A program made the position numbers and the translations under genes. A DNA stretch of 64,000 nucleotides from Eledone cirrhosa (taxonomy: Eukaryota): positions 99,014,001 to 99,078,000 of the forward strand of contig OZ024740.1 in assembly GCA_964016885.1 (NCBI GenBank). Reading direction: 5' to 3'. Of this stretch, positions 12,894-27,479 are shown piece by piece. The notes beneath the pieces were generated by a model that worked only from the letters and a program-made list of their open reading frames with translations, searched no databases and was not told the DNA's origin. Numbering within the stretch: position 1 is the first letter of the stretch; every line of letters begins with the position of its first letter.

Positions 12894-14807
12894 CATTGAT
12901 AATAACAATAATAATAACTATTCCAACATTGTTTCTTACTATATCCCATATCATCATATATGGTCTATTATGTATACATTTTACTGGGATTTTTACAGGA
13001 ACATTCCACTATTATTCGTTCATATTACATTTGTGTATGCCCTCTATATAACTATAACTTGTGATTATTTTTTCTTCTTCAAGACAATCCTTTCCACGGA
13101 TTACACTATATAATTTTTTGGCCACTACATTATCCCACATAGGTGGAGAGTAATATGATATCTTTGAGTAACTGTCTATGTTGTAAGTAACAGCCTCTGT
13201 TTATTTCTGCTTCTACATCTGTAGTTTCATCTAGCTGTTTTACCTGCATCTCTCTCCATTTTGAGCATCAGATATTTTGTAAGGATTCTCTATTTCTGGA
13301 TTGTAAAAGCATATCCTTCGAAATCAGAACAAATAGAATAGGATATTTGTTATGTTCCTTGTGTACATGTGTGTGTGTGTGTGGTGTATGTATGCATGCA
13401 AGCATGCATGCATATATATGTGCATGTATGTTTGTATGTATGTATGTATGTATATATATATGTCTGTGTGTATGTATGTATATATATGTATGTGTGTATG
13501 TACATATTTATGTATGTTGACACAGTATGAAGGAATGGTTAAAAAGTTTGTTTCAAGATCATAAAGTTTTTGTTATGAGTCCATTGTGTGGCACCTTTGA
13601 CAAGTGTTATGTACCATGGCCCTAAGTCAGCCAAAACATTGTGAATGAAATTGTATAGATGGAAAGTGCTTAAAGCCCCTGGGATGGATTATACCTCTAA
13701 TTCAAAGAGCCAGGCTTGTTACATAGTGTCATCAGGAATCTCCCTAATGGCACACATGTCTATGAAATGCTTAGTAACTTACATGCTAATTTCATAAGCA
13801 GTCTGTTCCATTGATTGAAAAGCTGGAACACTCATCATCGAAACTGACAGAGATCCATTCAATTCCATGTGTGTATAAATATATAAAATGTATTGTTTTA
13901 TTCTTCAGGATTTATTTTAGACAAGAAATCATTCATGGGTAGAGCCTAGTAAGTAAATGGAGACATTGTGCTCTTGTGGTTACTGTAATGGTGAGTATTT
14001 TGAACATTGTAAATGTTTTGACAATGTTGATTTAGAACTGCAAGGTAATAAAACAGAACTATAAAAAAAAACGAATAAATTGCAAAAATATACCAAAAAC
14101 AACAAACAAACAAAATATAAACAATTTCAATCCCATCATTCAATAATTAGATTCTGAAATTCCTTGTGTAGCAATTATTAGATCAATATAGACATTACAA
14201 GTTTTGTTTTGTATTCAACTGCGATAATGAAATAAAAGTTTGTTATTGTTGATGATGATGATGGTGTTTATAGTTGATTATGTTGTTGCTGTTGTTGCTT
14301 TCATTGAATGTTATTATTGTTGTTGTAATTTTGGAAAAAATAAATTTGTTAAATGTTCAGCAAGGTGCTTCTGTGTGAAAAACAGATTCTCTCAGTTAAA
14401 CTTGCAGTATTAACACCATGAGGTCTGTATACATGTACTCCATATACTGAACCAAAATAAATGTGAGAATCTCTATCATCCTATTAAATTTTGTTTTTAC
14501 TTCTTCTGTAATTATTTTTTAAGTTTTAGGTTATTTAATATGAAGAGGAAAGCCAGTGCATAATACATTATTCAGGGACTCAGAGACAATATGTTAAGAG
14601 GAAAAAATTATTTTCAAACTAGAGACTTAGTCTGAATTCTTGCAATCGAATCTGATACTGGTTTTACAATGCATATTGAGTTGTAAGGGTACTATCATCT
14701 TGGTAGAGCCTATCCCTATCCTGGTCTAACTATAGTTGATTCCTTCCTTCCAGAGAGAGACGAATAAAAGGGGAGAAAGGAAATGAGAAAAGAGAGAAAA
14801 AGGATTG

Positions 14808-14962
14808 TCCCCAATACTGGATTTGTACTTTATTTATTGAACCTGAAAGGATGAAATGTAAAGGTGGCTTCAACAGAAATTGAACTCTGAGTACAGAGAA
14901 CCAGAATGAATACCACAGAACAATCTATCTGACACCTTAACAACTCTACCAATTTGCCACCT
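14808..14962 (-). mobile_element. old diverged family-A-like SINE
   Basis: GTACTTTATTT...AAGGATGAAA..TAAAG...TTTGAACTC..AG, with a degenerate A box. Confidence 0.55.
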
Positions 14963-17900
14963 TGCAATAGAGAGAATTCTACTAAATTGCACTAGTTGGT
15001 TAGTAAAATAAAGCCAATGAAGTTTACTAAGAGATATTTAGATGAAATATCTTATATATAAGAAACAAACTCAGTGACCCCATCAACAAACATCTGCAAA
15101 TATTTCTTTGTCAGCTTGACTATATTTTGCCACATACAAGTTGAAACTTTATCTCATATTGCTGCTTGTATCAGTGAAGATGGCTTTGTTCTCTCCCCTA
15201 AATCTATGCCAGACAAAATTGTGTCCAATATAACAGTCAAACTAGATTACAAAGTGTCAGATTTGATGTAGTCAACCTACACAGAATTTTTGTTTATATA
15301 TTTCACATGAAAATAGATCAGCCTAGAAGATATTTGAATAATAACAAAGAGGCACATCAATTATGAGTTGTCATTATTATTGTTGCTATCATTTTTATTA
15401 TCATTATTTTTATTACATATTCAGGTATACATATATTACTTATTATTTAGTATGCTGAACCTAGCCAAAGGAGAAGACAAATGACTGTGACAAGCGGTGA
15501 GATTATATGCTAGAGAAGTCTTGTTCCTACCCAAACACACTTGAAAAACATGGATGTAAAAATGTTGATGGTACTGGTGGTAGTGACAATGGTAGAAGTA
15601 GAGATGGCATTGGTAGTGTCATTAGCATTGGTTGCAGTGAGCATCAATGGCTGTAGAGGTGTTGTTGGTGGTAAAAGTGATTGTGATTGTGGTTGTTGTA
15701 GTTGTGGTGGTGGTGAAGAAAAAGATGATGATGATGATGATGATGATTTTTGCAAAAAACTTTATGAGTTAGTTGTTGATTCCTTAGTAAGCTCATATAA
15801 ATGTTCAGTTGTAATAACATCACTAACATGCTACTAATATTCTAACTTCCATATTACTACACAATTGAAATACCATGATTATATGAGAAATAATATATTT
15901 TATACTGCTTCAGGTAGTTGTAAGAAACTGGAAGTTAGCGGAATTTCTGTTTACGTCCTAAATGCTTCTATATAAAATATCAAATGTTTCAAATCTATGT
16001 TGCATGTATTACACTTCTCTGTGAAGATATGAGAGCTGGTTTACCTCTTTTCATACAAAACTATTTATGTAGGTAAAAAATACATATTACTCTAGCTTTA
16101 GTAATAGTAGTGTCCTTTTATTGTATTGTAAGTCAAAAGAAAAGAAGGGTACATGATAACGCAATGATTGATGTCAACCTGGCAGAAATTAGTGATACAG
16201 GATTTACCAAAAGAAGCTTAGGGCAGAAGACTGTTTTGATTGATAACACTGGGCAACCCAATTTTTGCTGATATATCTTGATTTTGTCAAATCTAATGTA
16301 GCGGTAAAGCGGAACCACCAACATATATTTTTTTGTCTATTATATCAATTTTCTTGTCAAGAACAAGCTCATAATTTTTTATAATTGCCATTAGAGGGAT
16401 CTGATTACAATATACCCATTAATAGAATATTTTACTACTGATCAAGCTAGATATATTCTGAGATATATTTTGGGTATAAGTATAATTGATAGCATATTGG
16501 AATAAGTATTCCAAATATGCTATACATTTTGTCCTAACAGTTCTGGATTTGGAAATAGAGAATACTCTCTATGTTGATGTACCGATTTGTGCTCTGAATT
16601 TATAGACACTAGTTGTACTTTACAGCTTAGTACCATATTCTTTTATATGTTAGGGGTATTGATATCACAAATGACACCAATTTTTCTGTCAACTTGAATT
16701 AATTAATGATATGTAATTTTGAAACAAAAATAACAGCAATATTATAACAGCTACTAATATATTACTGACTATTTAAACAAATACATATTACCAAATCAGT
16801 TCACAAAGGTTTAGAGTAAATGTATTGAAAAATGAACCTCTCTACTTTGACTAATTATGCAGTAAATTCTCTGGACTAACCAATGAACAACTTTAAGTAG
16901 AGATATGAAAGCTGTTAAAAGATCCACATTTCATATATACAATAGACAGCACTGAATCCTGTGCATGATTTTAGTTTTTTCTAGTTGTCAAAAACCTACT
17001 TGGCAACCACAAGAATTGTTGCTGATGCTCGCATATGCAGAAAACACTTTAAGACAGTTGGAGATTAGTTAGTTTCTCTTAATATCCAGCAATAAATACA
17101 TAACTAAAATGATGCAATTATTACTTTTGAACGTACTTTCATATCTTGAATAATTGAAATATCGTGATTATTTAAAATATAATATATTTTATACTGACTC
17201 AGTGTACTGTAAGAAACTAGAAATAAGTAGCTGGCCTGAACACATCCAGTTTCAACATAAGGCACTCTGTATTAGTAAAGAACATTCCTCCCAATTTTAA
17301 TAATCTTGGCTGTAACATGAGCATCAAGGGCCATTAACTCCAAAAGTCAATTTGATCACTTTCCAGAAAAATGAATTAATCAAAGAGCAAAGGAAAACGA
17401 TTATATCAAGATTTAAAAGCCAGGAATAAAAGGTACCAGAGTGAGGGGAATACATTTATGATGGCAGATTATTGCAGGAACCTTCAACAGGACTGTTTTA
17501 GTAATTTTCCATCTAGTAAGAATTAAAAATAAAGCTTCATATAGGCTGAATAATTGACCGTTTTACATGTTTTATATTCATTTTTACGTCAACATAACTA
17601 TATATTCTAAAGCAATGCACAGAATAAACTGATTTAGGAGTGTGTTCTTGTCTTAATAGCATGTAATAAACTAAAACTATTAATATTGTTGTTATTTTCA
17701 TTTCAAAATAACAGAGTATTGATTAATTAGAGCTGATATGGAAAAACCAAAGACATTTTGAGAATCAGCAGTGCATCTCAAATGTATTTAAGAAGATATT
17801 TAGGCTTCCACGCACTAAAATGTAAGATATAACTGGGTCCTAATTTTAAGGAAACAAGTGGATACATATGTATAAAGGGCTATGCTGTATCGCCAGAAAT

Positions 17901-18105
17901 ATGTAAAACTGTATATTTAGAAACAGCATTCCAAAAATACCAAAGAATATGTCTGAATCTCAAAGCAACTGAAATAGTTTTGAGGGGATGGGGGTGTGTA
18001 GTTAAATGTAGGATTAACTGTGCATTTAGATGCTGAACAATTGATTTTGTGTGCAGGAGAAAGAAAGTAAAAGGGTTAATACACCAATCTCTCTCTCTCT
18101 CTCTC

Positions 18106-18167
<62 letters not shown>

Positions 18168-18207
18168 CGATATTAATAAATGGAAACTATATTTATAAAA
18201 CCATATT

Positions 18208-18272
18208 TATTTCATTATATATATTTCAAGGATACCAAGTTACATTATGGTATGCCTTCATCAGACAAAATA
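18208..18272 (-). ncRNA. type I hammerhead ribozyme H2a
   Basis: tattttgt CTGATGA [aggcatacca..tggtatcctt] GAAA tatata TA atgaaata; second copy at 46794-46859. Confidence 0.75.
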
Positions 18273-19129
18273 CAATATATAACAGTTTTATAAATAGACA
18301 TTGACGTACCCCTTTTAAAAATTGACTGTTGTTTTTGGAGGCCATCGGGATAGTGATTTGTTTACTTTAGTAAGTCATAGTGTTAAGAGTAAGTAAAAAG
18401 ATGGAGAGAGAGAGAGAAACGTGGAGAAAAGAAAGGGAGAGATAGATAAAGAAAAAGAAGGAAGCAAAAAGAAAAGAGAACAGAGGAAAAATAACGGGGA
18501 GATATCAAACCATCAGACAGAGAAAAAATCCAGAGAGAGACATATAGAGATAGAGAGAGGGGGGAGAGAACGAAAACCTTAAGTTATGTCATATTAAGTT
18601 GAGTTAACAATTGGGATGAAAAGCATAAATAAAATTAGAAATATTAATATTCATGAATGGAATATAGATATATAATATGAGATATTACACATTGTTTAAT
18701 TATGATTAGATATTTAGTTTAAAATTGAGATCAATATATTAAAAATTGGAATTTAAACATTATAAAATATATATATATTGCTAGAGAGATTATCTATCGC
18801 ATATTACATACAATAGGCAAAGGTACATAAATATATATATATACACACTCACTCAGAAAATACACATTATATCTACTCCCGCACATAATATATATATACA
18901 AAGCATAAGTGATTTTTTATTTATTGCCATACATTTCCTGTGTTATTAATTAAAAATTAAAAGTTTTTAGTATATATATATAAATATATAGGATTAACTT
19001 TCATGCATTTATGGCTGTTAAGTTCTGCATATCTGCAATCAAAAACTGCATGTGTCAGCCTGTACATTCTCATCCATGATTCTTAGCTATACATGAATAG
19101 ATATGTGTGTGCATCTTCAATATATATAT

Positions 19130-19330
19130 ATATTTATATATAAAATATAAAGATTTACATATGCATAAAGTCACAGATATATATGTGGCAACGGGTCACG
19201 TTGTGGCTCAATGAAGAATTAATAAATTAAATAATCAGAGCAATATATCATAAATCATGTCCTTAGAATTATTAGATAAAATATATACCATTTCCTCTCC
19301 CAATTAGCATAATTAACCATATAACCTCCT

Positions 19331-19363
<33 letters not shown>

Positions 19364-19440
19364 GACATATATATATATATTTATTTATATAGACATATAT
19401 ATATATATATATATTTATATATAGACATATATATATATTT

Positions 19441-19485
<45 letters not shown>

Positions 19486-19567
19486 TATATATGTATATAT
19501 ATATATATATTAATATATATATATATATATATGTCTATATATATATATATATATAGATATATATATA

Positions 19568-19655
<88 letters not shown>

Positions 19656-19658
19656 GAC

Positions 19659-19742
<84 letters not shown>

Positions 19743-20538
19743 AAAGATTTACATAAACACAAACTAGACAAAGTCATAGATATGCTTTTGGCAACCATTC
19801 ACGATGTGGCTCAATGATGAATTAATAAATTAAATAATCAGAGCAATATACTATAAATTATATCCTTAGAATCATTTGATAAGATATATACTCAATTTTC
19901 TCTCCCAATTAGCATAATCAACCACACAAAATAAACAATTAAACCAGGCTATAAGATTAAAAGGCACCTGTGAAGAAATAATAGATAAATAAACGATAGC
20001 CGTCTATTCGCTATCAACAGGCATAGAATATTTACCCAGCATTTCAATAGCACGTGGAAATCGATTAAATATATCGTCAACCACATACAATTAGGTATAA
20101 AATTAAAATTAGAAGCAAAAATGCATATACACATACCAGGATTACGTTTCTACGCTTCAGGGTTTCGATCGCTTTCGGAAATATCCTATTAAGGATAAAT
20201 TCTCAAGCTTCGAATTCATCAGAAAACAACCTCACTTGGGCAAAGATTTCTCTTAAATGATACCCGCAAGAAACGAATTCAAAATGGCTAAGCACTGTGA
20301 TGTGGCATTGGTCAAGTTAGAAAGAATGTGATTGGTGCCTTACGGCTAGTAGACTGGTTGCGCAGCCTAATATTGCCCAGATTGCATCTAAACCTTATGG
20401 GAGATTATCAAATATAAAGATTTACATATACACAAACTAGACAAATTCATAGATATGCTTTTGATAACCATTCACGATGTGGCTCAATGATGAATTGAGT
20501 ATATATATTATCAAATGATTCTAAAAACATAATTTATA

Positions 20539-20540
<2 letters not shown>
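19130..20540. repeat. three dispersed direct copies of a ~190-bp unit around a (TA)n array
   Basis: ATAAAGATTTACAT...GTGGCTCAATGA.GAATT...TTAGAAT at about 19147, 19741 and 20414; (TA)n array at 19330-19745. Confidence 0.8.
20146..20227 (-). ncRNA. hammerhead ribozyme H3 (long stem II, imperfect stem III)
   Basis: gtttt CTGATGA [..gctt..tatcct-taat-aggata..aagc..] GAAA c..g TA gaaac. Confidence 0.5.
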
Positions 20541-20599
<59 letters not shown>

Positions 20600-20624
20600 T
20601 ACATATATATTAATATATATATAT

Positions 20625-21628
20625 ATAGACATAGTAATAATAATAAATTTGAAGTCTAAAATCCAAAGAGGGCTCGATAAGGCTAAACATATATCAAATA
20701 TATAAGAACCGTAGAGCAAATATTTATTAAAATAGCAGATTAAAGTTTAAGCAAAGAATCGCTGCTTTCACCCTTAACGGGATCTTCTGAAACTAACAAA
20801 GTCAATCTGTAAACGCAGAAGTGGATATTTCAAAAAAAGTTGCAGACGGAGGAAGAAAGGAAGACGATACTTTGGTTCGTGGAAACGATCCCTGGCTATG
20901 CAAATAAGTAATGGTTTAAACATAACATATACTTAGCTACCACATCAAGACGTAAAATATCCACGTATAGATCGTACTATCCGTTAGGGTATAATGTGGG
21001 GCTGTAATACTGGAAAATGTTGTGCAATTTATGTTTACAAGCCGAAATTGCCTCAGATTTTTTGTTTAAGATGTGGTCTGTGGCGTAGAGTATTTCCAGG
21101 GCCTCAGAGGGGCAGAGGTCACATGATCTTTTATTTCCGTTATACGATCTAGCCCTAGCTAGGATCTCCCAGTGTAACTTATATTGGGTGTGGTTGTCTT
21201 TTAGACTCCAGATATAAGCTGAAAGTGACGTCCTATTCTTTCTTAGAGTGTAACGAAAAGAATGGGTATGCATGTAAAGTCGCTGCTTGAATCTATTCGC
21301 GGTTAACCTTATGTAGGCACTACGGGACGTGGGTGTTTCAACCTTACATTTGTAGACAATGTTACTAGAGAGGCATTTCCCGGATAGGGGGCAATCAACC
21401 CGATTCCTACAATTACAGTTAGAACTAACTACAGGGTTGCACGTGTTCCTACAACTAGGTAGTTTAGCTAAATTTGAAGCTGTGATATTATGTGCAAGGT
21501 TAGGAGTCGTAGAGTAAGTAAGACATTTTAATAGTATTTCTATTAAAAATGTTACTATATTTATGTGTAGGGGGAAAATGCTTCGTAATAAGGGAAAGAA
21601 AGATCTTAGCTAATGGTGTGGCCACATA
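20625..21628 (-). mobile_element. Penelope-like element 3' fragment (GIY-YIG plus pLTR)
   Basis: CNCRNRVDCPLSGKCL, VYKCKV..AYI, TSLSAYIWSLKD, CDLC..CKH; 3' UTR carries hammerhead H1; both ends abut (TA)n. Confidence 0.85.
20744..20794 (-). ncRNA. hammerhead H1 (CAGAAGA core)
   Basis: agttt CAGAAGA t-ccc-gttaa-ggg-t GAAA gca..tgc TT aaact. Confidence 0.65.
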
Positions 21629-21629
21629 T

Positions 21630-22270
<641 letters not shown>

Positions 22271-22306
22271 ATGTGAGAAAAACCACAGACCCTCCATCTC
22301 AACTCA

Positions 22307-22344
22307 CCTTTTGAAAAGCAGAAGAACTGCGAAACCGGTAAAGG
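22307..22344 (+). ncRNA. 38-nt minimal hammerhead H4 (U3-A8 core)
   Basis: cctt TTGAAAA gcag-aagaa-ctgc GAAA ccgg TA aagg; stems I and II are perfect and stem III is a palindrome. Confidence 0.75.
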
Positions 22345-22500
22345 AACCAAATAAATATATATATTTTTTTAAAAAAATAAGACTTCAGTTGCATTTTCGA
22401 TTTCATCTCTTTTTCTTTATATATTTATATATATATATGTATATATAGACATATATATATATTTATATAGACATATATATATATATATATTTATATAGAC

Positions 22501-22641
<141 letters not shown>

Positions 22642-22831
22642 GACATATATATATGAACTTGTTTATATAATTATTTCTGCCTTTGTTACTCTAAATATAA
22701 ATTATAGCTTTAAAGAATTAGCTCTTAATGAATTCCCTTTTCTATCAACCAATGTCCCCACCCATCCCACTCCCTACCTTCTCCTACAACCTGAAGAGAC
22801 CTATAAATACTATATTTATTTTTTGATACCC

Positions 22832-22882
22832 AGATTCCTGATGATTTCTAAAGAATGAAACAGTTCTAGTCCTGTAGAATCT
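22832..22882 (+). ncRNA. hammerhead H5 (canonical core)
   Basis: agattc CTGATGA t-ttc-taaa-gaa-t GAAA cag-ttctagtc-ctg TA gaatct. Confidence 0.8.
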
Positions 22883-23334
22883 CATCTATATTAAAACTAT
22901 ATATATTTCTATATAACGAAGGAAATGTGCTAAGGAACCAGGTGGACCATAATGCACCAAAGTACTCAATACTTGAGGTAGTAGAGTGGGTAATAGGAAC
23001 CAGTAAGACCCCGACAGCTGAGCTCAAGCCGTTTCGACGGCTAATTCTGGACTAAATGAAAATTTATCCTGGTAATATTTCTATATATATATAGAGAGAG
23101 AGAGAATTAGTATATTTACCAACAGATGTACACTAATGCTAGCAAATACATAAGTTATGTCATAGTACCTAGGTGGTTCAATGTAGGAGGATGCAGAACA
23201 ATTATATGAAAGACGTAAAATAAGAAAATTTTAAAAATTAAAAATTCACTTCCTTACTAAAATACACACATATATATATATAAACGAAAAAAATGAAACT
23301 AAATTTCATTTCACACTCTTAGTACGGCTGTTAC

Positions 23335-23963
<629 letters not shown>

Positions 23964-24043
23964 CATATATATATATATACATATATAGTCATATATATAT
24001 ATATATTTTTATATATATATATTTATATATATTTATATATATT

Positions 24044-24128
<85 letters not shown>

Positions 24129-24146
24129 GTATATAGACACACACAC

Positions 24147-24179
<33 letters not shown>

Positions 24180-24278
24180 CATATATATATATATTTATAG
24201 ACTTATATATATATATTATATATATATATAATTAGCCGTCGAAACGGCTTGAGCTCAGACGTCTGGGTCCTACTCGTT

Positions 24279-24314
<36 letters not shown>

Positions 24315-24446
24315 TATATATATATTTATTTATATTGGTAAACGGAATAGAAAATGCTGACAAATTGTTCACAGTGAAAAATAGTTTAATTAGGAATAAG
24401 TGAGAATTAGTAATTGTATTGGTTAGTATTCAGTTTGGGTTTTAAG

Positions 24447-24482
24447 TTTTACCGGTTGCGCATTTCGAATGCTTTTCAAAAA
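24447..24482 (-). ncRNA. hammerhead-like motif H7a (TTGAAAA / GCAA core)
   Basis: ttt TTGAAAA gcatt-cga-aatgc GCAA ccgg TA aaa, at the PLE 3' terminus; stem I is weak. Confidence 0.5.
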
Positions 24483-24847
24483 TAATTTTGAGATATAGCA
24501 TCCGTGTTGTTTGCTCTGATCTGATTAGTTTTGGGAATTCTACTTGTTTTTATGTTAAAAAAGTGTCTCCAGCGGTATTAAAATAAGTTTTGCGCCAATT
24601 CGTGTTGCAAAAATTCTTGTGGTCAAAACAATTTTGATTGGTCGGCAGAGGTCATGTGAATGTAAAAAATTGATTTTGCGCCAAATGTAGGTTTGTGTCG
24701 GCTGACTGAAAAATGACTCTTTCACAACAAATATGTGTGTGTGTGTGTGTAGTAGTAGTAGTAGTAAAGTGTTCGTTGTTGTGATAATGGTCAGCAGGGA
24801 TGTGTGTGCGAACCGCAGCCTGTTGACATTTCAAATGCCTATTAAGA

Positions 24848-24896
<49 letters not shown>

Positions 24897-25284
24897 CAGA
24901 GTAATTCGTGGTAGACGGATGGTCAGTAGGAATGTGTCTGTAAGTGAGTGGGGGATATTTTAACATGTTAAAAGATATTTTTTAGCTCTTGTCTTATACG
25001 GAGAAGTGTGTATGTGTGTGTGTATATGTCTCTTTGTATGTTAATGTACGCGTGTGTATGTGTGTGTATATATGTGTGTGTGTGTGTGTGAGTATGTGTG
25101 TGTGTGTGGGGTGGGGGGTGGGGTGGACCAGTACTTTTTTCCTGGTAAAATGGTGTACATTATTCGATATTTTCAGTAAAATCGATTCTCTCAATAGAAC
25201 ATCAAAAACCTTAATAATAAAAGGTGTGAAATGATATATAGTATTGACATAATACCAAGGTGTGTGTGAGTGTGTGTGCGTGTG

Positions 25285-25660
25285 TGTGTCCGGATTGTAC
25301 GTACTGAAAGGGGGATCCCTTAGGCCTTGCCGTATTGGAATACCTGTGCACAAATATGTATCTGGAGTGTGTCCAGAAATTGTATACCTGTGCACAAATA
25401 TGTATCTGGAGTGTGTCCAGATTGTAAGGCCTTGCCGTATTGGAATACCTGGGCACAAATATGTATCTGGAGTGTGTTCAGAAATTGTATACCTGTGCAC
25501 AAATTGTACACTTGTGCACACATTGTACACATGCATCTGGAGTGTGTCCAGAAATTGTATACCTGTGTACAAATATGTATCTGGAGTGTGTCCAGATTGC
25601 ACGTACTGCAAGGGAAATTCATTAGGCTTTGCCGTATTGGTATACCTGTGCACAAAAATG
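25285..25660. repeat. minisatellite (~43-bp core ATACCTGTGCACAAATATGTATCTGGAGTGTGTCCAGAAATTGT)
   Basis: About 5-6 variable copies; absent from the inverted sister arm at 30.6 kb. Confidence 0.85.
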
Positions 25661-27440
25661 TATGTGCCCATCAGTGTGCAATGCATGTGTGCGTTTATGT
25701 ATGTGTGTGCGTGTCGGCACGTTTATATCTATAGACATCAAAAGGTATGCAAATTTGTGTATATTTGTGTTGCACCATAGGACATGTGTGTTTACGTATG
25801 TCATTGTGTTTATATGATGTAGGTATGTATGTTGACGTGTGTATGTTGTGGGTTCGTCTTAGGGAGAAGTGTTTAGACGGGGTCCGTATTTGTTAATGAA
25901 GTAAGATTCCTTGCTGATGCGCTGGGTGTGGGTGGCATTATCTTTAAATTTTTAGAGGGGAAAGATTCTGAAGTTGGGATGATTTTGGGCGGCACAGGTA
26001 TCAATGTGTTCACTCAGTGGTATTTTCCAGTATTCCCGTATTTTAATTTGGGATCTATGGACAGTCATGCGTTGGCGGAGGCTGGATTGGTCTGGCCTAT
26101 GTATTGTTCTCGACAACCTGAGCAAGTTAATACATATATTAGATTTTCCGATACACATGTGAAATTGTGTTTTATTATAAAACGTTGTCCTTCTTTGAAA
26201 TAAAATTCTGAACCTTCTATTAGGTTGATGCAAATGCCACAGTTGGGTCTATCGCATTTTTTTACTGTGGGTTTCGTTGTTGTGGTTGGCATTGCTTTGG
26301 CATGTGTGAGGATGTTTTTCATTGACTTAGATTGTCTTTTGCTCTTTATGATATCGTGTGTTCGTAGGATTTGGTTCATTCTATGGTCTTTTTTCAACAC
26401 AGGGATGTTCTGGAGGATGGTGTCAAAGGCCTCATTGTTGAGGGGGTTGTGTGTGGAGATGTATGGAAGAGCTTTTAGTTTCGGTTGATTTACTTTAGGG
26501 TGTCTAAGGTCCTGGGTACTGGGTTTTAGGGCACGTTGGATTCCATTGTCAATTAGTGATGCAGGGTAGTCCCTGCCTATGAGTGTGTCCTTTAGTTCTT
26601 GTAGCCGTAAGTAGCAGGTGTTTTTATTGGAGACTATAGTACAGATTCTCTTGGTTAAGTTGTAGGGAATATTAATTTTAACGTGTCTAGGGTGGCAAGA
26701 GTTGAAAGGAAGATATTGCTTGGAGTCTGTGGGCTTTTAGTATATGTCTGTTTTTATTTTTTTGTTATATATCTTGATGAGGATGTCGAGGAAGGGGAGT
26801 TGATGATGGCTGTATTCCATCGTGAAGTTAATATTCGTGTTGAGCCCATTTATAAGGGTGTGAAATTCTTTAAGTTTCTCGATGTTTTCGTGCCAAAGGA
26901 TGAAGCAGTCATCTAGATATCGCTTCCAGTTCCTTTCTATGTGTAAGTGGAGAGTGTTTCCAAATTTGTTTAGGACTTTAGTGTAGAGGGTGATTTCCAG
27001 GTATCCCATTACTATGTTGGCATAAGTGGGGGCTGTTTTCGTTCCCATAGCGGTCCCAGATTTCTGCATGTAGGGTTTGTTATTGAAAACGAACTAATTG
27101 TTCTCCAAGATAAATTTGAGTCCCTCTATCACGAATTCTTTTTTGATGCGTTGTGGGAGTTCATTGTGGTAATTATCCAGCCAGATTGGATAGCTTCTAT
27201 TCCTAGGTTGTGGGGGATGTTGGAGTATAGGTTGACTACATCGAACGTCACTAATAGGGTTTGTTCAGAAAGTGGCATATTAGGGAGGTGATTGACCATA
27301 TCTAGGTCGTCCCTTATATAGCTTTTGATGTGTTTGAGAAAAGGCTTGAGAAGGGTATCAATGAAGTTGCTAAGGCGGTGGGTTTTGCAAGCGGGGCCTG
27401 CAATTATAGGTCTTAATTTGAGATCATTGGGTGAGGGGAC

Positions 27441-27475
<35 letters not shown>

Positions 27476-27479
27476 AACA

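Larger units (their letters stand above)
24333..27440 (-). mobile_element. Penelope-like element (Neptune-like), 5'-truncated and frameshifted
   Basis: LRPIIAG, FDVVNLYSNIP, QKSGTAMGTKTAPTYAN, RYLDD, FLD (RT); CDRPNCGIC linker; LIY..QYIGQT (GIY-YIG); long 3' UTR ending at (TA)n. Confidence 0.92.

Noticed and set aside
13245-13317. Candidate minus-strand exon with AG/GT boundaries
   Set aside because: Short, no recognisable peptide, and expected by chance.
15865-17230. ~70-bp imperfect direct repeat at about 15870 and 17155
   Set aside because: Short, AT-rich and diverged; most likely an old dispersed repeat fragment.
25285-25660. Regularly spaced repeats resembling a CRISPR array (also 3525-3840)
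   Set aside because: Head-to-tail minisatellites with no unique spacers, in eukaryotic DNA with no cas genes.
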